Origin: Sphaerobacterales bacterium
GTDB lineage: Bacteria > Chloroflexota > Chloroflexia > Thermomicrobiales > UBA6265
Length of the DNA stretch: 38,957 nt
NCBI GenBank assembly: GCA_040376155.1
Contig: JBEIRG010000001.1
Location: forward strand, 1-38,957
Direction: 5' to 3'
In this document: one piece after another, positions 1 to 9,095 of the stretch
How the letters are laid out: each line of letters opens with the position of its first letter
Position numbering within the stretch: the first letter of the stretch is position 1
Notes under the pieces: generated by a model
What the model saw: only the letters and a program-made list of their open reading frames with translations
Told to the model about the DNA's origin: nothing
Database searches by the model: none
Made by a program: the position numbers and the translations under genes

Positions 1-1424
1 CCGCCACCCCCGGCCTCAATGACGCCCATGCCCACCCGATGATGGTCGGCGCGGCGCTGCTCGACCTCGACCTCTCGCCGGAGCGCAACGCGACCATCGC
101 GGACATCCTCGCCCTCGTTCGCGAGCGCGCTGCATCCCTCCCGCCCGGCACGTGGATCATCGGCCGCGGCTACGATGACGCCCGCCTCGCCGAAGGGCGC
201 AATCCCAACCGCTTCGACCTCGACCCCGTCGCCCCCGATCACCCCGTCCTGCTTTTCCGCATGTGCCATCACATCGGCGGCGCGAACTCGGCCGCGCTGC
301 GACTCGCGGGCATCTCCGCCGCAACCCCGGACCCCGACGGCGGCGTCTACGATCGCGACGAGCACGGCGAACCGATCGGCGTCCTCCGCGAGCATGCCCT
401 CGATTTCGTCCACGGCTTCGCCCCGGAGCCGGACGAGGACGGATTGATGGCCGCGATCGTCGCCGGGGGCCGCAGTTTCCTCGCATCAGGCGTCACCAGC
501 ACCGTCGAGGCAGGCATCCGCGAACCAAAGGAGATGCGCGCCTACCAGCGCCTCGCCGAGCGCGGAGAGCTCCCCGTCCGGACCTATCTGATGATGATGA
601 TCGACCAGACCCTCGACGCGCTCGCCAGTCTCGGCATCATCACCGGTTTCGGCGACGAGTGGCTCCGCATCGGCCCCGCGAAACTCTTCTCCGACGGCAG
701 CATCGGCGGCCACACCGCCCGGATGCTCTTGCCCTACGAGAACACGGAAACCGACATGGGGCTCTGGATGATGTCCCCGGACGACCTCAAGGCCAAGGTC
801 CTCCGCGCGCACATGGCGGGATTTCAGGTCGGCATTCACGCCATCGGCGACGCGGCAATCCAGCTCGTCCTCGACGCCTATCTCGAGGCTCAGCAGGCCG
901 CCCCCCGGCCCGACGCCCGCCACCGCATCGAACACTGCTCCATCGTGGACGACCACCTGCTGCGCCGGATCGCAGACCAGAAGGTGATCCCGATCCCCGG
1001 CACCAGCTTCCTCCGCCACTTCCGCGACTCCTACATCCGGAACCTCGGGGAGTGGCGCATCCAGCAGGCCTACGGGATGGCCTCGTTCGAACGCTTCGGC
1101 ATCATCGCAGCCGCCAGCACCGACGCCCCGGTCGTGCCCACCAACGCCGTCGCGGGCCTGCAGACGATGGTCACCCGAAAAGACATTCTCGGCCGCCCCT
1201 GCAACTCGGCCGAGGCGGTTCCGCTCGAACTCGCGCTCAAGGCCTACACCGTCAATGGCGCCTACGCCTCGTTCGAGGAGAAGCTCAAGGGCGCGCTGAA
1301 ACCCGGCATGCTGGGCGACGTCACGGTGTTCGAAACTGACATCTTCGCCATCGACCCCGACGACCTGCACGCGGTGAAGGTCGATTACACCATCAGCGAG
1401 GGCGGGGTGAGATACGCCCGATAG
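1..1424 (+). CDS. Amidohydrolase-3 family metal-dependent hydrolase (YtcJ-like), 5'-partial
   Basis: Track ORF 39..1424 stays open in the same frame back to the window edge. The upstream codons read ..PGLNDAHAHPMM, the DAHxH metal site. Downstream motifs HAIGD, HRIEHCS and STDAPV are typical of amidohydrolase_3. Confidence 0.85.
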   Translation, partial: ATPGLNDAHAHPMMVGAALLDLDLSPERNATIADILALVRERAASLPPGTWIIGRGYDDARLAEGRNPNRFDLDPVAPDHPVLLFRMCHHIGGANSAALRLAGISAATPDPDGGVYDRDEHGEPIGVLREHALDFVHGFAPEPDEDGLMAAIVAGGRSFLASGVTSTVEAGIREPKEMRAYQRLAERGELPVRTYLMMMIDQTLDALASLGIITGFGDEWLRIGPAKLFSDGSIGGHTARMLLPYENTETDMGLWMMSPDDLKAKVLRAHMAGFQVGIHAIGDAAIQLVLDAYLEAQQAAPRPDARHRIEHCSIVDDHLLRRIADQKVIPIPGTSFLRHFRDSYIRNLGEWRIQQAYGMASFERFGIIAAASTDAPVVPTNAVAGLQTMVTRKDILGRPCNSAEAVPLELALKAYTVNGAYASFEEKLKGALKPGMLGDVTVFETDIFAIDPDDLHAVKVDYTISEGGVRYAR

Positions 1425-1449
1425 CAGGGCTTTCCACCATCAGCCCTCG

Positions 1450-1504
1450 GCTATCGGCAGAACGGGCGATTGCCGGACATTTCCGATGGCTGAACGCCGA
1501 TAGC
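1450..1504. terminator. Inverted repeat between convergent genes (possible bidirectional terminator)
   Basis: GCTATCGGC (1450-1458) and GCCGATAGC (1496-1504) are perfect 9-nt inverted arms in the 100-bp gap between the amidohydrolase and acdS stops. There is no clear U-run. Confidence 0.3.
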
Positions 1505-1527
1505 TGAAAGCCGATACCTGACAGCCC

Positions 1528-2544
1528 TCACCCCTTCCGGAACAGGAAGCTGTAGGCGTTGATCGCGGGAACGCCGCCGAGATGAGCGTAGAGCACGCGG
1601 GAGCCTGCAGGGAACTCGCCGTTCTTCGCCATCCGGATCATGGCGTCCATCGACTTCCCCTCATAGACCGGGTCGGTCATCATCGCCTCGAGGCGGGCGG
1701 AGGCGCGGATCGCGTCGAGCGTTCCGGAATTCGGCAGGCCGTACTCCGGGCCGCCGAACCGCTCGTCCAGCACCACATCCGCTTCCGTGATCTCGCGGCC
1801 CAACCCGACGAGATCGGCGGTATTCCGGGCGATGCGGAGGATCTGGTCCCGCGTCTGCGCAGGCTTCGCGGAGGCGTCGATGCCGATCACCCGATCCGCG
1901 CGGCCATCCGCGGCGAATCCGACGATCATCCCTGCCTGCGTGCTGCCTGTCACCGAGCAGACGACGACATAGTCGAACCGGAACCCCAGCTCCGCCTCCT
2001 GCGCCCGCACTTCCTCGGCGAATCCCACATACCCGAGCCCCCCCAGCGGGTGCTCCGACGCCCCCGCCGGGATCGGATAGGGCCGGCCGCCCGCCGCCCG
2101 GACTTCCGCCATCGCCTGCTCCCAGCTTGGACGGATGGCGATGTCGAATCCGGCATCGTCGAGGCGCACATCGGCTCCCATGATGCGGGACATTTCGATG
2201 TTGCCGACCCGGTCGTAAACCGCATCTGAGTAGTTCACCCAGTTTTCCTGCACCAGCACGGCCTTCAGGCCAAGATGCGCCGCGACCGCCGCCACCTGCC
2301 GCGTGTGGTTGCTCTGGATGCCGCCAATGGAGACGAGGGTGTCGGCGCCCTGCGCAAGGGCATCCGGCACGATGTACTCGAGCTTGCGCGTCTTGTTGCC
2401 GCCGAAGGCGAGACCGCTGTTGCAGTCGTCCCGCTTCGCCCAGAGTTCGACCTTCCCTCCACAATGCTCGGAGAGCCGCCGCAACGGTTGCACCGGAGTC
2501 GGGCCGAAGGTGAGCGGATAGCGCGGGAAGCGATCGAGATGCAT
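1528..2544 (-). CDS. acdS: 1-aminocyclopropane-1-carboxylate (ACC) deaminase
   Basis: 338 aa counted from ATG 2544. The track ORF runs up to 2706, but similarity starts at [17 protein letters not shown]. It is collinear over its whole length with AcdS as I remember it. K51 ([10 protein letters not shown]), S78 (IQSNH), Y294-E295 (PVYEGKS) and L322 ([12 protein letters not shown]) are all present. Confidence 0.9.
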   Translation of the reverse strand: MHLDRFPRYPLTFGPTPVQPLRRLSEHCGGKVELWAKRDDCNSGLAFGGNKTRKLEYIVPDALAQGADTLVSIGGIQSNHTRQVAAVAAHLGLKAVLVQENWVNYSDAVYDRVGNIEMSRIMGADVRLDDAGFDIAIRPSWEQAMAEVRAAGGRPYPIPAGASEHPLGGLGYVGFAEEVRAQEAELGFRFDYVVVCSVTGSTQAGMIVGFAADGRADRVIGIDASAKPAQTRDQILRIARNTADLVGLGREITEADVVLDERFGGPEYGLPNSGTLDAIRASARLEAMMTDPVYEGKSMDAMIRMAKNGEFPAGSRVLYAHLGGVPAINAYSFLFRKG

Positions 2545-2760
2545 GTCTGCTCCTGTGTGCGGCGCAAGGGTCACGCCGCGCCGTCGACGATCGGGTCCGG
2601 GCGTTGACCGGACCGGATTGTGCCGCAGGATCGGAGGTGTTGTCGCGTCGACGAGCCGGAACCCGTCAGTCGGCGTCGAATGCTCCTGCCTCCTACCGGG
2701 CATCAACTCCCGAGCTGGCCCGGGTCCCGGCCGCGATGCCGGAACCCGGGGCCGGGATGC

Positions 2761-3711
2761 TCACGCCGCAGCCGCCTCCGCCGCCGGGAGCGCGAACCCG
2801 ACGACATCCGACCCCGGCCCTGCAACCCAGAGCCGACCCCGGGCTGCCGCGATCGCCACCGGGTGGAACCCGGGAATCAGCGCGGTGACGCCCAGCACCG
2901 CGCCGCGGCCGTCCAGGTGGACGACCCGGTGATCCGCCCGCGTGGTGAGCGAGGCGACCGCAACATGGACGCGGCCCTCCTCGTCCACGGCAACGCCCGT
3001 GGCCGCGGCGTTCGGCCCCGCCGCCGGACTGCCGAGCGGCTCCGCCTCGTCGTCGGCAATGCGGTACAGACGGCCATTCAGCCCGGAGATGGCCCACGCC
3101 TCTGCCCCGGCGCCGAGCGCCACGGCGCTTGGCTGCGGAACCTCGCAGCGGCGGTTCCGCGTCAGGGCTACCGCCCCGAGCCACTCGCCATCCTCGGTGA
3201 ATCGGGCCAACCCGCCAATGGCGTGGCGGCTGTCCGCCACGAGCAGCAGGCCATCGCGCGCCGCAACGGCGGACGGCGCGCCGGGCGTCCGGTCGCCTCC
3301 CGGCCCGAAGCAGCCCGGAAGCAGGGTCATCGTCCGTTCCACGCGGAGATCGGCCCCGCGCAGGACCAACCGGCCCGCCCGCGGGTCCGCGATCCACGTC
3401 GAGCAGCCATCGTCCCCCGCCACGCACATCGCGGAGGCTCCCACACTGCGGCAGGCCGAACCGCTGGCCACCGCGAGGACCCTCCCCGTCCCATCGAGCC
3501 GGGTCACCTGCCCGGTCTCGCTGGAGACGAAGGCAAGCGCGCCGTCCACGTGGGCGGCGATCCGGCACCCACGCCCGGTGACGTCACCGATTCCCGGCCA
3601 CCACTCGACGAGGCGCGACCACCCCTCGTCCGGCCGCTGCCTCAGCCGCACCAGCGCGGACTCGCCCGCCGCGACCGCCGAGACGCCGACTCGATCCATC
3701 GCAACCGCCAT
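2761..3711 (-). CDS. Hypothetical beta-propeller-like repeat protein (NHL/SMP-30-like blades)
   Basis: Start chosen at ATG 3711 because GGGAGG lies 7 nt upstream; the track ORF begins at GTG 3762. Blade-like units recur (GRVLAVASG, GLLLVADSRH, GRLYRIADD, GRVHVAVAS, GRLWVAGPG). I did not recognise a signal peptide. Confidence 0.5.
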   Translation of the reverse strand: MAVAMDRVGVSAVAAGESALVRLRQRPDEGWSRLVEWWPGIGDVTGRGCRIAAHVDGALAFVSSETGQVTRLDGTGRVLAVASGSACRSVGASAMCVAGDDGCSTWIADPRAGRLVLRGADLRVERTMTLLPGCFGPGGDRTPGAPSAVAARDGLLLVADSRHAIGGLARFTEDGEWLGAVALTRNRRCEVPQPSAVALGAGAEAWAISGLNGRLYRIADDEAEPLGSPAAGPNAAATGVAVDEEGRVHVAVASLTTRADHRVVHLDGRGAVLGVTALIPGFHPVAIAAARGRLWVAGPGSDVVGFALPAAEAAAA

Positions 3712-4158
3712 GACGAAACCTCCCGCCCGTGACTGGGCATAAGCCGCCCGTTCGATGGACACACTCGTCCCTCGTCTGGCGGTCGTGGTTCTTCGTCATA
3801 GGTGGTGAAGCTGATAGTGTCCGCGCGGTGGCGGTAGAGGATGCGCGGCCTCCGGAATTGGTCACGGAGTGATGACGCGACTCGGATCATACGGATTGTC
3901 GGATCTCTTGTCAAGCGTCTTTACTGGCCTCGGCTGACCTTCGGTGTCGATGTCGTCCGGGTCGCCAGGACGCCGCCTCTCGTGAAAGCAGCCTGGAACG
4001 CCAGGATCCACCCGCCCGCCGGGTGACGATGCGCTCCGGAGACCGGTCACGATCGACGGACCGGGCGATGTCGCCGCGCCACCACATCCCCATCCTGTGC
4101 CACAATCGATGCCATGCCGCGCCGATCTGCCGCCCGACCACGGAGAACCGCCCTGTCC

Positions 4159-6069
4159 ATGACGCGCGCCAATCACCATGCCGACCTCGACATCCTGCCC
4201 CTCGCGGAATCGGCCTTGTTGCTCCTGCTGGGCGACCGGATCGCGCCGGAGACGAACCTCCGCGCCCTCGGTCTCGCCGCCGCCATCGAGCAGGCGCATC
4301 TCCCCGGCGTGATCGACGTCGTACCCTCCTATGTCACCGTGCTGATCGGCTTCGACGTGGAGCAGACGGACGGCGACACGGTCGCCGCCGCGATCCGCGC
4401 CATCGCCGCGACCATTGGCGACGCCCCGGACCTGCCCTCCCGCGAACGCGCCATCCCGGTCCATTACGGCGGGCACTTCGGTCCCGACCTCGATGACGTT
4501 GCCGCCCATACCGGGCTCACGCCCGAGGAGATCATCGCCCTGCACGCGGCGACGGAGTATCGCGTCGCCTGCATGGGCTTCTGCCCCGGATTCGCCTACC
4601 TCATCGGCCTGCCGGACGCCCTCGCCACGCCTCGTCGCTCCTCCCCGCGAACGCGGGTCCCGCGAGGATCGGTGGCGATCGGCGGCGCCCAGACCGGGGT
4701 GTACGCCCTGGACACTCCCGGCGGATGGAACATCATCGGCCACACCGACACCCGCATGTTCGACCCGGAGCGCGAGGATCCCTTTTTCCTCAACCCCGGC
4801 GACCGGGTCCGCTTCGTTCCCGTTCCCGAGGATCAGCCCACCGCGACGCAATCGCCTGCCCGAACCAGCGATGCCCATTCGAGCGACTCCATCCCGGATC
4901 GCGCCCGCCGCCTCACCATCCTCTCCCCCGGCGCGCTCTCGACCGTGCAAGACCTCGGCAGGCCGGGTCTGATGCGCCTCGGCGTCACCCCCGGCGGCGC
5001 GCTGGACCGGCGCGCGCTCATCCTCGGCAACCGCCTGCTCGGCAATGATCCCGGCGCAGCCGCCATCGAGTGCGCAATGGCCGGACCGGCCATCCGGTTC
5101 GACGCCCCCGCCCTCATCGCCATCACCGGCGCGGACCTCGGTCCGCGGCTGAACGGCGAAGAACTCCCGCGCTGGGAACCGGCCGCTGTGGAACCGGGCG
5201 ATCTGCTGACCTTCATCCACCCCGTCCGCCCCGGGAGCGGGCTGCGCAGCTTCGTGTGCATCGACGGCGGAATCGCCATTGCACCCGTCATGGGCAGCAG
5301 GAGCACCGACCTTTTCGGGCGCATCGGCGGCGTCGGGGGCAAGGCCCTCGCGGCGGGGGATGCCCTGCCACTCGGCGACCCCGCGCCGGATCACGAGGCC
5401 GTGCTGCGACGCCGCCTCGTGATCCCCGCGCCGAGGCCAAACGACGGTTTGCCCTTCCGCGCCGTCCTCGGCCCGCAGGATGACCGCTTCACCGCCGGGG
5501 GAATCGAAACCTTTTTCTCCGCCCCATTCGCCGTCACGCCCCGCTCCGACCGGATGGGGTTGCGACTGGCCGGCGAGCCCGTCACCCACTCGCGCGGCGC
5601 GGACACCATCAGCGAGGGCATCGCGGCCGGCGCGGTGCAGGTTCCCGGCGACGGTCAGCCCATCGTGCTCCTTCCGGCCCGGCAGACGGTCGGCGGCTAC
5701 CCGAAAATCGCGACCGTCATCGGCGCGGATCTCGACCGCCTCGGCCAACTTGCGCCGGGCGACATCCTCCGCTTCGAGCGGGTCGATCCCGCTGCCGCGC
5801 GGGCGGCGACGCTCGCCTCCCGCGCCCTGCTCGGACCGGATTCGGTGCGCGAATTGCCGCGAAGCTTCGTGCTCCGCCCCGGTCTCCGGGCCGAGACCTC
5901 AGGGTGGGATGACGGCGCTGCCGAGCGGATCATCGACGCGGCGAGAGCAGCCGGAATCGAGCAGATTCGCGTCTCCGCCCCCGGTGTCACGGCCCGGATC
6001 GACCTCGCGCCGAGCCTCCCCGCCCTGCTGGCGGAAGCACTCGATGCCCTGACCGGACGCGACACCTGA
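4159..6069 (+). CDS. Fused 5-oxoprolinase subunits PxpB-PxpC (KipI-KipA / allophanate hydrolase subunit 1+2) with an extra C-terminal tail
   Basis: The N-terminal half matches KipI/PxpB (VVPSYVTVLIGFD, YRVACMGFCPGFAYL, GGAQTGVYALDTPGGWNIIG). The second half matches KipA/PxpC (STVQDLGRPG, SDRMGLRL, VQVPGDGQPIVLLPARQTVGGYPKIATV). Start taken at ATG 4159 (MTRANHH); 4114 is also possible. Confidence 0.85.
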   Translation: MTRANHHADLDILPLAESALLLLLGDRIAPETNLRALGLAAAIEQAHLPGVIDVVPSYVTVLIGFDVEQTDGDTVAAAIRAIAATIGDAPDLPSRERAIPVHYGGHFGPDLDDVAAHTGLTPEEIIALHAATEYRVACMGFCPGFAYLIGLPDALATPRRSSPRTRVPRGSVAIGGAQTGVYALDTPGGWNIIGHTDTRMFDPEREDPFFLNPGDRVRFVPVPEDQPTATQSPARTSDAHSSDSIPDRARRLTILSPGALSTVQDLGRPGLMRLGVTPGGALDRRALILGNRLLGNDPGAAAIECAMAGPAIRFDAPALIAITGADLGPRLNGEELPRWEPAAVEPGDLLTFIHPVRPGSGLRSFVCIDGGIAIAPVMGSRSTDLFGRIGGVGGKALAAGDALPLGDPAPDHEAVLRRRLVIPAPRPNDGLPFRAVLGPQDDRFTAGGIETFFSAPFAVTPRSDRMGLRLAGEPVTHSRGADTISEGIAAGAVQVPGDGQPIVLLPARQTVGGYPKIATVIGADLDRLGQLAPGDILRFERVDPAAARAATLASRALLGPDSVRELPRSFVLRPGLRAETSGWDDGAAERIIDAARAAGIEQIRVSAPGVTARIDLAPSLPALLAEALDALTGRDT

Positions 6070-6134
6070 CCACTTCTCCCAATTCCGGCGGCGTGCTACA
6101 CTCACGGTCGCTGGAACGCGATTTCGCGTCGTCC

Positions 6135-6208
6135 GGCGCCATAGCCAAGCGGTAAGGCACGGGTCTGCAAAACCCTGATCGGCGGTTCGAATCCGCCTGG
6201 CGCCTCCA
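6135..6208 (+). tRNA. tRNA-Cys (anticodon GCA), CCA encoded
   Basis: Acceptor stem GGCGCCA/TGGCGCC, anticodon loop CTGCAAA, T-arm GGCGGTTCGAATCCGCC, discriminator T followed by CCA. Total length 74 nt. Confidence 0.92.
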
Positions 6209-6273
6209 AAAGGCGGTCCCCATGTGGACCGCCGTCGGTGTTCCCGACTGGCCGCAACCGGGGAACCGCCGCA

Positions 6274-6846
6274 ATGCATCGCGAACCACCCCATACCGTC
6301 ACTCTCGCCAGCCGTCGCGGCTTCGACGGCAAGCATCTTCGCCTGCGGGTGGACGATGTGCGACTTCCCTCCGGCCGCGAGAGCGTCCGCGAGGTCCTGG
6401 AGCACCCCGGCTCGGTCGCCATCGTCGCGGTGACAGACGACGGATGCGTCGTCATGATGCGGCAGTTTCACCACTGTATCGACAGGACCCTGCTCGGTCT
6501 CCCGGCAGGCACGCGGGAACCGGGCGAACCAGCCATCGAAACCGCTCGCCGCGAACTGCTGGAGGAAACGGGGTACGAGGCGGCGCACCTCTCGCCCCTG
6601 CTCGGCTACTACTCCTCCCCCGGCATTACCAACGAGCGGATGGAGCTCTTTCTCGCCACCGGTTGCCGTCCCGTCGGCGACGTCGCCAATGAAGACGAAT
6701 CCATCGTGCTGGAGCGCGTTCCCATCGCGGAGATCGCGAGCCTCGTCGAACCCGGCGCGGCGTGGGTCGAGGACGGCAAGACGATGATCGGACTGCTCCA
6801 GCTGTTGCGCCTCGCAGGCGACCCGCCGCGCCTGCCCATCGAGTAG
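6274..6846 (+). CDS. Nudix hydrolase (ADP-ribose pyrophosphatase-like)
   Basis: Nudix box GLPAGTREPGEPAIETARRELLEETGYEA. Start taken at ATG 6274 (MHREPPH). Confidence 0.85.
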   Translation: MHREPPHTVTLASRRGFDGKHLRLRVDDVRLPSGRESVREVLEHPGSVAIVAVTDDGCVVMMRQFHHCIDRTLLGLPAGTREPGEPAIETARRELLEETGYEAAHLSPLLGYYSSPGITNERMELFLATGCRPVGDVANEDESIVLERVPIAEIASLVEPGAAWVEDGKTMIGLLQLLRLAGDPPRLPIE

Positions 6847-6850
6847 ACAC

Positions 6851-7582
6851 GTGACGGACCCGCCACACACCAAGCGGCGACGTGCCGTCCCGCTGCCGCT
6901 GGTGATCGCCCTGGTGCTTGCGACCGCGGCCATCGCCGTCGTCGTCCTCTGGCTGCGCGGCCCCTCCGCGCAATGCCCGGTTCCCAGGGCCGATGTCGTC
7001 CTGGATCCTGGCCACGGCGGCGAGGAACCGGGCGCGGCGAACCCCGCCTTCGGGATCGTCGAGCGCGATCTCAACCTCGATACCGCCAACCGCACCGCCG
7101 CCCTGTTGCGAGATCGCGGCCTGATCGTCGCCCTCACCCGCGAGGACAACGTGACCGGCATGAGCACCTGGCAGCGCGGCCGCATCGCCAACGCCTGCAA
7201 CGCCCGCGTCTTCGTCTCGGTCCACCACAACAGCGTCTCGGACCCCGTCCCGAACCACGTCCTCACCCTCTACGCGGATGCAAGCGACATCCCCTTCGCG
7301 CAGGCGATGGAGGACGCAATGGCCGCATCGCTGGCGACGGGGAACATCTACGACGGCGGGCTGCGCCAACTCCGCAATGGCGGGATGATCGCGGCGAAGA
7401 TGCCGGCGGCCCTCGTGGAACCGGTCTTTCTCTCCAACCCGGAGGAGGCGGCCCGCCTCGCCGCCCCGGACGGCGCGCGCCGCCAGCAGATCGCAGCCGC
7501 CATTGCCGCCGGGATAACAGGATGGCTCGAGGATCACGGCGGGATCGCATCGCCCGTCCCGGCATCCCCGGTTGCCCGCTGA
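6851..7582 (+). CDS. N-acetylmuramoyl-L-alanine amidase (Amidase_3 family) with N-terminal membrane anchor/signal
   Basis: VVLDPGHGGEEPGA, VSVHHNS and VEPVFLSNPEEA are the zinc and catalytic motifs of AmiA/B/C-type amidases. The N-terminus has a hydrophobic stretch, LPLVIALVLATAAIAVVVL. Confidence 0.85.
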   Translation: MTDPPHTKRRRAVPLPLVIALVLATAAIAVVVLWLRGPSAQCPVPRADVVLDPGHGGEEPGAANPAFGIVERDLNLDTANRTAALLRDRGLIVALTREDNVTGMSTWQRGRIANACNARVFVSVHHNSVSDPVPNHVLTLYADASDIPFAQAMEDAMAASLATGNIYDGGLRQLRNGGMIAAKMPAALVEPVFLSNPEEAARLAAPDGARRQQIAAAIAAGITGWLEDHGGIASPVPASPVAR

Positions 7583-7990
7583 TCGCCACACCCGGGACGC
7601 GCCATGCGCCCGCGCGGGCTCGCCTGGGATGACCGCTCCGTTCCGGGGGTCTCCGGGCGAGCTATCGGCGCAGGATCCTTCCCGTCCCGTGCTCGCCTCG
7701 CGGTAGCGCCGGCGCCGCGGCCACCGTTCTCCGGCCACGCTGCTTGGCGGCGGCGGTGCCGCCCACCGTGGCAGCCACCAGCCCGGCAACCGTGGCCTTG
7801 ATCCCCGCCCTGCGGTCGGGCGCCTCACCCAAGGCAAAGGTCACGCGGTCGAATTCGTTGCGAACCGTTCCCTCAACTCCAATCCGTCATCCCAGCTTCG
7901 GCAGCGATCGGAATCTGATCGCAGTCCGGTTGTTCGTTGTCATGTTCCAACAACGATGATGCCTGCACGGGTGATGCCCGGGAAATCCGG

Positions 7991-8302
7991 CTAGGTTCCA
8001 GCCAGCCGCAGCGCCGCGAAGGCCAGCATTCCCGCCAACAGGCCGAGCCACAGCCGGCTCGTCCTGAGAATCAGCACGCCGCATACCACTGCGGCAAGGA
8101 CTCGGGCAGGCGGGGCCGTGCCCGACACGAGATCGGGCACCGAGAGCGCGGCGAATGCTGCCACCGGCACCATCCGAAGAAAACGGTCGAAGAATGGCGG
8201 AATCTCCCGCCCGGCCAGCGAAAAGCCAGCCACCCGGCTCGCGTAGGTGAGCAGAGCGCAGGCAAGAATCAGGGCCAGCCCACCCGACACGCCGTCAGCC
8301 AC
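7991..8302 (-). CDS. azlD: Branched-chain amino acid transport protein AzlD
   Basis: Small hydrophobic protein (LTYASRVAGFSLAGREIP..FLRMVPVAAFAAL) directly downstream of azlC. The GTG at 8302 overlaps the azlC stop (GTGGCTGA), so 8302 is preferred over the track start at 8356. Confidence 0.75.
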   Translation of the reverse strand: MADGVSGGLALILACALLTYASRVAGFSLAGREIPPFFDRFLRMVPVAAFAALSVPDLVSGTAPPARVLAAVVCGVLILRTSRLWLGLLAGMLAFAALRLAGT

Positions 8303-9047
8303 GCCGGCTCTCCCCGATCTGCGCGCCGATGCAGGCGGCCACAATGGTCCCGGCAATCAGCGCGGTGCCCCCGTCCGTCACCTGCCGCAAACCCACGACG
8401 ATCGCCCCGGATAGCGTGGCGACCGCCCAGTCCCTCCGGTTTCGCGCCACCGCGAGCAGGAGCGAAAGAAAGGTCAGCGGGAAGATGAGATCCAGCCCCA
8501 ACGCCGTCGGGTCCGGGATGCGGTCGCCCAACATGATGCCCAGTGCCGAGGCCACCTGCCACGAGACGTAGAGCGTCAAACTCGCACCCCAGAAAAAGGC
8601 GGTGCTCGCCCGCCCCTGCCGAGACTCGCGGATGGTCACTGCGTAGCTTTCATCGGTCAGGGTGAATGCCTGCACGAGGCGGGGCGGCGGCTCGTCGCCG
8701 GGCAGCTCCCGCGCCAGCGACATGCCGTAAAGCAGGTGCCGCAGGTTCATCACGAAGACGGCAAGCGCAACCGCCACATAGGCCGCGCCACCCGCGACGA
8801 GGCTCACCACCGCCAGTTGCGCCGCCCCGGCGAAGAGCAGCAGGCTCATCGCCATCGTCTGAACCGGACTCCACCCGGCCGCGAGGGCGCTCACCCCGTA
8901 GACCATGCCGAAGGGAATCACGCCGACCATCAGCGGCAGCATGGCAAGCGACCCGGCGCGAAACCGGGTCTGCCACGAGGCGTGTGTCGGCGATTCAGGA
9001 GTGGCCTGACGCGGCGACTCCGCGGCCACCGGTTCCACAGGCGACAT
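8295..9047 (-). CDS. azlC: AzlC family branched-chain amino acid permease/exporter component
   Basis: MLPLMVGVIPFGMVYGV...SLLLFAGAAQLAVVSL is the AzlC signature region. The protein is polytopic and paired with azlD. Confidence 0.85.
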   Translation of the reverse strand: MSPVEPVAAESPRQATPESPTHASWQTRFRAGSLAMLPLMVGVIPFGMVYGVSALAAGWSPVQTMAMSLLLFAGAAQLAVVSLVAGGAAYVAVALAVFVMNLRHLLYGMSLARELPGDEPPPRLVQAFTLTDESYAVTIRESRQGRASTAFFWGASLTLYVSWQVASALGIMLGDRIPDPTALGLDLIFPLTFLSLLLAVARNRRDWAVATLSGAIVVGLRQVTDGGTALIAGTIVAACIGAQIGESRRG

Positions 9048-9095
9048 GCCCGGCAGGATACCACCGCGCAGGCGGCCTTACGCCGGGGACCTGCG

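Noticed and set aside
3862-5748. 628-aa minus-strand ORF opposite the PxpB-PxpC gene. The ORFs 5899..7266(-), 6626..7837(-), 8736..10388(+), 12198..13790(+), 20118..21251(-), 21259..22479(-), 30246..31634(-) and 35205..36329(-) are similar cases.
   Set aside because: Each overlaps a gene with strong family motifs on the other strand. All have Arg/Gly/Asp/Pro-dominated translations with no recognisable motifs, RBS or sensible boundaries.
6135-7600. tRNA-Cys as an integration site for a genomic island
   Set aside because: No integrase is present, I saw no direct repeat of the tRNA 3' end downstream, and the flanking genes (Nudix, amidase) are ordinary and compositionally uniform.
7662-7844. 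60-aa minus-strand ORF (MTFALGEAPDRRAGIKATVAGLVAATVGG..) in the 400-bp gap between the amidase and azlD
   Set aside because: It has a GTG start with no suitably spaced RBS and an Arg/Ala-rich tail, and I recognised no family. The gap may simply hold terminator hairpins (GCGATC-N7-GATCGC at 7905-7923 and TCGTTGT-N9-ACAACGA at 7933-7955).
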